Source: Thermoplasmatota archaeon (GTDB lineage Archaea; Thermoplasmatota; Penumbrarchaeia; Penumbrarchaeales; Penumbrarchaeaceae). Taken from it: 64,000 nucleotides of DNA. The notes under the pieces were generated by a model. That model was not told the origin of the DNA. It did not search any database and saw only the letters and a program-made list of their open reading frames with translations. A program made the translations under genes and the position numbers. Shown in pieces: positions 57,931 to 64,000 of the stretch. The DNA lies in the NCBI GenBank assembly GCA_029762535.1, contig JARVGK010000002.1:64001-128000 (forward strand), read 5' to 3'. How positions within the stretch are numbered: the first letter of the stretch is position 1; each line of letters opens with the position of its first letter.

Positions 57931-57959
57931 CGCATCACATATGAATCCCGGGATGCCGA

Positions 57960-58799
57960 GTGGATGATCAATGGGATCCAAATCCCTATCGTCAATTTCT
58001 AGTGTTACATCAATGAGTGTTACTTTGATGAGAAGATGTTGGTGCTCCCGACGGAACCTTTGGATCGTCCTCACATTGACGGGAAATCAGATCCAAAGGT
58101 TCAGGAAAATGCCCAACGGGCATTTTTCGTATAAAAGCAATGTTAAGCATCCATTTCCGGGAACTTTACTATTTGACGGAAGGAAATGGATGAGAGAAGG
58201 GAGCACACTTGTAAGCAATGAAGATGTTGGTGCTCCCGACGGAATTTGATGCTTGGAAAGTCACCTGTGACTTTCCGCATCTCGCGAGATGCTGATCGTC
58301 AAATAGAGATACGCATCTCACGAGAACCCGGACTGGTCAGTGATCAATTGGTGGGATTCAAATCCCTACCGTCAAATCCTAGCGTTACATCAAGGGGTAT
58401 TACATCTATGATAAGATGTTGGTGCTCCCGACGGAACCTTTGGACTGTCCATAATATGACGATAATTCAAGTCCAAAGGTCCAGGAAAATGCCCAACGGG
58501 CATTTTTCGTATAGAGGCAATGTAAAGCATCCATTTCCGGGAACGGTAATATTTGACGGAAGGAAATGGATGCGAGAAGGGAGCACACATCTAAGCAATG
58601 AAAAATTTGGTGCTCCCGACGGAATTTGATGCTTGGAAAGTCACCTGTGACTTTCCGCATCTCGCGAGATGCTGATCGTCAAATAGAGATACGCATCTCA
58701 CGAGAACCCTGACTGGTCAGTGATCAATTGGTGGGATTCAAATCCCTACCGTCAAATCCTAGCGTTACATCAAGGGGTATTACATCTATGATAAGATGT
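57960..58799. repeat. Tandem 188/192-bp alternating units, each bounded by a copy of the tRNA-Glu 3' end
   Basis: tggtgctcccgacggaa at 58040, 58228, 58420, 58608 and (in the tRNA) 58800; partial extra unit from ~57960. Confidence 0.95.
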
Positions 58800-58875
58800 T
58801 GGTGCTCCCGACGGAATTTGAATCCGTGTCGCTGGCTCGAGAGGCCAGCATGATTGGCCACTACACTACGGGAGC
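58800..58875 (-). tRNA. tRNA-Glu (anticodon CTC), CCA encoded
   Basis: GCTCCCG acceptor, anticodon arm CTGGC-CTCTCGA-GCCAG, T-arm CGGATTCAAATTCCG, ends ACCA; TTTATAAA box at 58915-58922. Confidence 0.95.
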
Positions 58876-58935
58876 AACCCTTTGTCGTGGTAGAAGCGCC
58901 CAATGAAGAGGTCCTTTATAAATCTTATCGGAACA

Positions 58936-60600
58936 TCACTTGCCTTTGACCTTGGCCCAGGTGTCCCTCAGCGTTATGGTCCTGTTGATCACGAGCCTGT
59001 CGGGATCGCTGTCCGGATCGATGCAGAAGTAACCTAACCTCTCGAACTGGAAACGTGAGAGATGTGGAAGCTTCCCGACGATCTGCTCCACCTTGCACCC
59101 CTTGAGGACCTTCAGCGAATCATGGTCGATATACTCTGTGAAGTCCCCGGGCATCGAGAGGGGATCCTCAACCGTGAATAACTTGTCATACTGCCTCACC
59201 TCGGCATCGATCGCATGTTTGGCCGACACCCAGTGCAGGGTGGACCTCACCTTCCTGCCGTCAGGGGCATCCCCTCCCCTGGAGGCGGGATCCACCTTGC
59301 ACACTATCTCTTTCACCTCGCTCCCGTCCTTGACCACATTCGTGCAGGTGACGAGATACGCGTTCCTCAGCCGGACCTCCCTTCCTGGAGCCAGCCTGTA
59401 GAACTTCGGGGGTGGGTCCTCCATGAAATCCTCCCTTTCGACATACACCTCGCCTGAAAAAGGGACCTTCCTCCTGCCAGCGGATGGGTCCTCGGGATTG
59501 TTGATGACATCCATCTCGTCCTCCCCTTCGTAGTTCTCGATCCTCATCAGCAGGGGGTCAAGTACGCCCATGTAGCGGGGAGACGTCCTGTTCAGGTCCT
59601 CCCTGACGGCGTGCTCCAGCGTCTCTATGGCGATCGTGGAGTTAATCTTCGCGACGCCTATCCGGGAGCAGAAATCCCTGATGGACGCGGGAGAGTAACC
59701 TCTTCTTCTCATACCGCTTATCGTGGGCATCCTGGGGTCGTCCCAGCCGGATACCAGCTTCTTCCGGACCAGTTCCAGGAGCTTCCTCTTGGACATGACG
59801 GTGTATGTCAGGTTAAGCCTTGCGAACTCTATCTGCTGGGGATGATATATCTCAAGTTCGTCCAGGAACCAGTCGTAGAGCGGCCTGTGGTTCTCGAACT
59901 CCAGAGTGCATATCGAATGGGTGATACCTTCTATCGAATCCTCCAACCCATGAGCCCAATCGTACATGGGATAGATGCACCATTCGTCCCCGGTGTTGTG
60001 ATGCGTCGAGTGCAGGATGCGGTACATGACCGGATCCCTCATGTTCATGTTGGGATGCGACATGTCGATCCTGGCCCTCAGGACCTTCTCTGCGTCCCTG
60101 AACTCCCCTTTTCTCATCCTCTCGAACAGCTCTAAGTTCTCCTCAGTGCTCCTGTTCCTGTACTCGCTCTCTATTCCAGGGGCTGTCAGCGAACCTCTCA
60201 TTCTGGATATCTCATCGGCGGTATGGTCATCGACGTAGGCCTTGCCCTTCTTGATCAGGTCCACTGCCCATTTATACATCTGCTCGAAGTAATCCGAGGC
60301 GAAGTACAGCCTTTCCTCCCAGTCGAAACCCAGCCATCTCACGTTATCCTTGATCGAACTGACGTATTCCTCCTCCTCCTTGGCGGGGTTGGTGTCGTCG
60401 AAGCGCAGGTTGCATTTTCCCCCATATTCCCCTGCGATCCCGAAGTTCAGGCAGATCGACTTCGCATGCCCTATGTGCAGGTATCCGTTGGGTTCGGGCG
60501 GGAACCTGGTATGTATCCTCCCATCGAACCTGCCCGAGGCGTTGTCCTCGTCTATGATCTCCCTTATGAAGTCCTTCGGGACCATTTTTTCCTCGACCAT
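58936..60600 (-). CDS. glnS: Glutaminyl-tRNA synthetase, bacterial type
   Basis: [87 protein letters not shown]. Confidence 0.95.
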   Translation of the reverse strand: MVEEKMVPKDFIREIIDEDNASGRFDGRIHTRFPPEPNGYLHIGHAKSICLNFGIAGEYGGKCNLRFDDTNPAKEEEEYVSSIKDNVRWLGFDWEERLYFASDYFEQMYKWAVDLIKKGKAYVDDHTADEISRMRGSLTAPGIESEYRNRSTEENLELFERMRKGEFRDAEKVLRARIDMSHPNMNMRDPVMYRILHSTHHNTGDEWCIYPMYDWAHGLEDSIEGITHSICTLEFENHRPLYDWFLDELEIYHPQQIEFARLNLTYTVMSKRKLLELVRKKLVSGWDDPRMPTISGMRRRGYSPASIRDFCSRIGVAKINSTIAIETLEHAVREDLNRTSPRYMGVLDPLLMRIENYEGEDEMDVINNPEDPSAGRRKVPFSGEVYVEREDFMEDPPPKFYRLAPGREVRLRNAYLVTCTNVVKDGSEVKEIVCKVDPASRGGDAPDGRKVRSTLHWVSAKHAIDAEVRQYDKLFTVEDPLSMPGDFTEYIDHDSLKVLKGCKVEQIVGKLPHLSRFQFERLGYFCIDPDSDPDRLVINRTITLRDTWAKVKGK

Positions 60601-60737
60601 TACGGGTCACCAGTACAGCTAATGCCATGGTACTAATTATATCTGTCAATCGTCGAGTGGGGATTTTGAATAAAGGTCCGAACAATAACCCTGCCGCACA
60701 GCCAAGTATTTATCCCTTGATGTTCGCTCCGGGTCCG

Positions 60738-61577
60738 ATGAAAAGGCTTCGTGGCATGCTCTCCATAATCAGGCCCGAGGACTGTGCCATAAGCTCGATC
60801 GCGGTGTGGGTTGGCCTCGCTGTGTCCTCGAGGAGATTGGTCCCTTCAAGACCCCTGCCGCTATTGATGTGGGGCTTGTCCACGTTCTTCCTTGTGGCGG
60901 CCCTGAACATACTTAACGACATGGGGGATCTCGAGATCGATCGGATGATACACGAGAAGAGGGCACTTGCTTCAGGGAGGATCTCTCTGAGGCTGACCGA
61001 GAGATACCTCCTGGGAGTGATATTGGCCTCGCTCTTATTCGCTTTTATCGGAGCGATGGTCGGAAAGAGCGCTCTGCCCATGCTCATATACATCATCGGT
61101 TTGGGACTGGGATTGTTATACGAGATCAAACTCAAGCGGTTGGGGTTCCTGGGCAACATCGCCATTGCGGTGCTTTTCGCTTTCCCCCTCCTTCTGGGAG
61201 GATCCCTCGAGAGGATCACACTGCTTCTCGTCATACTATGCTCCATGGCGGTCGTCAACGGGCTTGCAAAAGAGGTGATCAACGACGTCAAGGACCTCGA
61301 GGGGGATAGGGGAAAGAGGCCCACTCTACCGCAGTGGATCGGGGTGAAGCCATCGTTGTCCATCGCAGGGACCCTGATCATGGCGACTGTGGGTATGAGC
61401 ATACTGCCTTTGACATTCGTTGGATGGAGCATATCCTACATCATCCTGATCTCCATCTGCGATGCGATCCTGCTATCGGTCATCGTACTTTCCTTCAGGA
61501 GGCCGATGCTGGCGCATAACGTTCACAGCCTGGGGATGCTCGCATCACTTCCAGCCTTCCTCTCGCTTTCGATCTGA
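60738..61577 (+). CDS. UbiA family prenyltransferase (DGGGP synthase-like)
   Basis: NILNDMGDLEIDR and EVINDVKDLEGDR aspartate motifs, LKRLGFLGN, TLP; multi-TM. Confidence 0.8.
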   Translation: MKRLRGMLSIIRPEDCAISSIAVWVGLAVSSRRLVPSRPLPLLMWGLSTFFLVAALNILNDMGDLEIDRMIHEKRALASGRISLRLTERYLLGVILASLLFAFIGAMVGKSALPMLIYIIGLGLGLLYEIKLKRLGFLGNIAIAVLFAFPLLLGGSLERITLLLVILCSMAVVNGLAKEVINDVKDLEGDRGKRPTLPQWIGVKPSLSIAGTLIMATVGMSILPLTFVGWSISYIILISICDAILLSVIVLSFRRPMLAHNVHSLGMLASLPAFLSLSI

Positions 61578-61629
61578 GTAGGATTTGATCTTCCTCCAGT
61601 TCGAACTGGTCGGTTTAATTATAATGTAA

Positions 61630-62001
61630 TGGTAGCCCCGCTAAAATTTCCCCGAAATTTTAGAACACAAGAAAACGGATCCCCACCCCGAAAGAGGCTA
61701 TGATTGTGCAGCCACTATTCCATATAGCCTTCACATTAATAGAGATGGAATAGTGGTAGCCCCGCTAAAATTTCCCCGAAATTTTAGAACACAAGAAAAC
61801 GGATCCCCACCCCGAACATGGCTATGATTGTGCAGCCACTATTCCATATAGCCTTCACATTAATAGAGATGGAATAGTGGTAGCCCCGCTAAAATTTCCC
61901 CGAAATTTTAGAACACAAGAAAACGGATCCCCACCCCGAAAGAGGCTATGATTGTGCAGCCACTATTCCATATAGCCTTCACATTAATAGAGATGGAATA
62001 G
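61630..62001. repeat. Three tandem 124-bp units, each bounded by a copy of the tRNA-Gln 3' end
   Basis: tggtagccccg at 61630, 61754, 61878 and (in the tRNA) 62002; units near-identical with internal hairpins. Confidence 0.95.
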
Positions 62002-62077
62002 TGGTAGCCCCGACCAGATTCGAACTGGTGACAAGAGATCCAGAGTCTCCTATGCTAGACCGCTACACTACGGGGCT
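62002..62077 (-). tRNA. tRNA-Gln (anticodon CTG), archaeal A1-U72 type, CCA encoded
   Basis: AGCCCCG/CGGGGCT acceptor, GGAGA-CTCTGGA-TCTCT anticodon arm, CCAGTTCGAATCTGG T-arm, ends ACCA. Confidence 0.95.
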
Positions 62078-62201
62078 ATGCTGTCGGGGCGAGGGATTAT
62101 TCAAAATATATATTACCCTTGCGGTCGGGGTAGATCCCTTCAGGATAACATCTCCTGCGATAATGTTAATAAGAAGCAGCATGTTCGCCTCCCCGATATC
62201 A

Positions 62202-62429
62202 ATGGCCGAGGAAAAAGAGATCAAACTGCCAGACAACATAATAAAAGGGCTTTTCTTCCTTCTGATGCTCGCCGGGATCCTCCTGCTGGTCATCTGGACC
62301 GCCGTGGCCCTCATCCCCCAGGGGATATTCTTCGACCTGGGTCTCTACTCCATAAGCTCGGTCATGATCCTAGGCGGCCTAACAGGATGGCTCCTCTACT
62401 CCCACAGGGAGAAGCTCCAGTCCTCCTGA
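62202..62429 (+). CDS. Small two-TM membrane protein
   Basis: MAEEKEIKLPDN followed by two hydrophobic helices with FFDLGLYS. Confidence 0.6.
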   Translation: MAEEKEIKLPDNIIKGLFFLLMLAGILLLVIWTAVALIPQGIFFDLGLYSISSVMILGGLTGWLLYSHREKLQSS

Positions 62430-62478
62430 TCCATCTCCGTTACTTACGATCCATTCCACATTCGCGGCGGGATCGCAA

Positions 62479-63084
62479 ATGGGATCGGAACATGTTAACG
62501 GTTCGTTCGACAGTATCGCTTCCGCGGCCGGATGGCTGCACCTATCCGAATTGGACCCGTCCAATTTCGGCAACATCTCGGTCCTGCATCGTAAGTCCTC
62601 ATGTACCGCTCCAGCCCTTGAGCGCTTCGATGTTCCTGGAGACCAAACAGAGCTCATCGATTCATTACTGTTCATCACGCGGGCGGGGTCCACGATGAAG
62701 GAGGTCATGGAACGCCCGTTGTTGAACATCGGTGCATATCGTATCGAACAAGGTTCCTCGATGTCCCTCATCTATGGCGTCGGACCGCCATCCTCCGAGA
62801 TCGCCGCCCATCTGGAGATCTACAAGGCTCTCCTCTTGGACGAAATCTCGATCCTGCACTTCCACGATGATCCCCTCCTTGAGAGGATCTCCTCCATTTC
62901 GGATCCTCCGGACTGGATACGTATGATACCAGAGCTATTGCCGGGATCCCTCGAGCTCGCCAAGACGTCCGCGGAGGAGGCCTCGTCATCCCGCCTGCTT
63001 GTCTGGAGGGGGCATGGATTGACCGTGATATCCGAAAGCATCGAGGACGCAATCATAATGGTGGAAAGGGCAATGGCCATCTAG
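62479..63084 (+). CDS. Class II aldolase/adducin-like protein
   Basis: FGNISV, FITRAGS, PSSEIAAHLEIY, ILHFH, PGSLELA, VWRGHGL. Confidence 0.8.
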   Translation: MGSEHVNGSFDSIASAAGWLHLSELDPSNFGNISVLHRKSSCTAPALERFDVPGDQTELIDSLLFITRAGSTMKEVMERPLLNIGAYRIEQGSSMSLIYGVGPPSSEIAAHLEIYKALLLDEISILHFHDDPLLERISSISDPPDWIRMIPELLPGSLELAKTSAEEASSSRLLVWRGHGLTVISESIEDAIIMVERAMAI

Positions 63085-64000
63085 GCAGTGAGCCTGTTCC
63101 TGATGTGCAGGGCTATCTGGAGTTTTCCGATATGCCATGCAGAAATGAAGGCAGTGGTCAAGCCCGTCAACAGGGCGATAGCCGCCGTCGCGAAATAGAC
63201 CAAAACAGGGACCTCGAGCACGAAATACATGATGTCCCGGGCAATGTAGGCAAAGGACCATACGGTGGCGTAATAAGCGAGCGGGAAACCGATAATGAAG
63301 GATGCCAGGATCAAGCCTGCGGTCTCGAGGACCAGCATCCTCCGAATGCTCATGGGGCGGACTCCCATCGCTCTCAGGTTCACGAGATCGTCCTGGCGAT
63401 CGAGGATCCCGAGGGTGACCGTTGTCCCAATGAAAAGGACCTCGGCCAGGACCCCGAAGAGGATGAATATGTAGAGTATGGCGGTGATCCCCTGCATCAT
63501 CGCCTCCATCCCATGGAGGACATCGGATGAATATACGATATTGGTAACGTTGAGACCGCTCCTCAGCGCCTCCTCGAACAGGGGTTTGTCCCCCTCGTCC
63601 AAACCTCCAACGACGAACGTATCGATCCGTTCCCCATCGCCTCTAAGGGAGATGACATTCTCGAGTTCCATCATTATCGAATCGTCCATGAGCTCTCCCG
63701 TGATCCCGACGATCATCAGACTGGCATTTGAGCTCCCCAGTCCTATTATGACCTCGTCCCCCACCCCTAAAGAGAGGTCCCTGGCCAATTTGGACCCCAT
63801 CAACGCCCCTCTTTCGTGGTCCTGTGACCCTTCGATGACGTTGTATCTCCTCAATTTCGTATCCCTGGTGTATGCCTGCAGCCTGACGAAATGCATGCCA
63901 TCGGAGTCATACAGCGGAACGAACTCCTCCAATGCTGGCTCGTAGATGAGGTCCAGTTCGCTCGCGTTAATGGCTTCGCGTATGGATGAACGGTCCACTC
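63081..64000 (-). CDS. ABC transporter permease (FtsX-like), 5'-truncated by window edge
   Basis: LARDLSLGVGD, DRQDDLVNLRAMG, MLVLET; C-terminal TM helices. Confidence 0.8.
   Translation of the reverse strand, partial: VDRSSIREAINASELDLIYEPALEEFVPLYDSDGMHFVRLQAYTRDTKLRRYNVIEGSQDHERGALMGSKLARDLSLGVGDEVIIGLGSSNASLMIVGITGELMDDSIMMELENVISLRGDGERIDTFVVGGLDEGDKPLFEEALRSGLNVTNIVYSSDVLHGMEAMMQGITAILYIFILFGVLAEVLFIGTTVTLGILDRQDDLVNLRAMGVRPMSIRRMLVLETAGLILASFIIGFPLAYYATVWSFAYIARDIMYFVLEVPVLVYFATAAIALLTGLTTAFISAWHIGKLQIALHIRNRLTA

Noticed and set aside
57971-58660. ORFs 57971-58249, 58246-58629 and their antisense partners as proteins
   Set aside because: They are translations of the tRNA-derived tandem repeats, with no recognisable motifs or ribosome-binding sites.
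61630-62001. 124-bp repeats as CRISPR or as additional true tRNA genes
   Set aside because: There are no unique spacers, and the units lack D-arm, anticodon arm and TTC T-loop consensus.

Overview
This window is most likely archaeal, possibly Thermoplasmatota. The evidence is an A1-U72 tRNA-Gln, TATA-box promoters, a DGGGP-synthase-like UbiA, an FmdE and an AF0577-like radical SAM protein. The left 37.7 kb is dominated by an integron-like gene-cassette platform. An intact 266-aa tyrosine recombinase (36855-37655, +) lacks the IntI-specific insertion. It points away from an attI-like site (36717-36725) and a minus-strand array of at least 7 cassettes separated by ~95-120 bp non-canonical attC-like hairpins (AAC...GTT). 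In the five proximal cassettes the 9-mer at the cassette start is the perfect reverse complement of that cassette's own att core, the expected footprint of recombination at G|TT. Unusually, every cassette's cargo is also clamped by cassette-specific long-range inverted repeats. Three cassettes share a sub-architecture: a permuted att-like junction, a promoter and an unannotated 45-49 aa RHH-like gene. Cargo is defence-rich: a Sacsin/DUF3883 protein, type III R-M with an RloC-like ATPase, two PIN toxin-antitoxin pairs and two broken Schlafen/AlbA ATPases. The att sites decay with distance and grade into ~13 kb of co-oriented cassette-like genes with no att sites. The right 26 kb is mostly housekeeping. 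It includes a bacterial-type GlnRS between tRNA-Glu(CTC) and tRNA-Gln(CTG), and each tRNA is followed by tandem structured repeats that re-create its 3' end including CCA. All assignments come from reading the sequence and recalling motifs; no searches were run.
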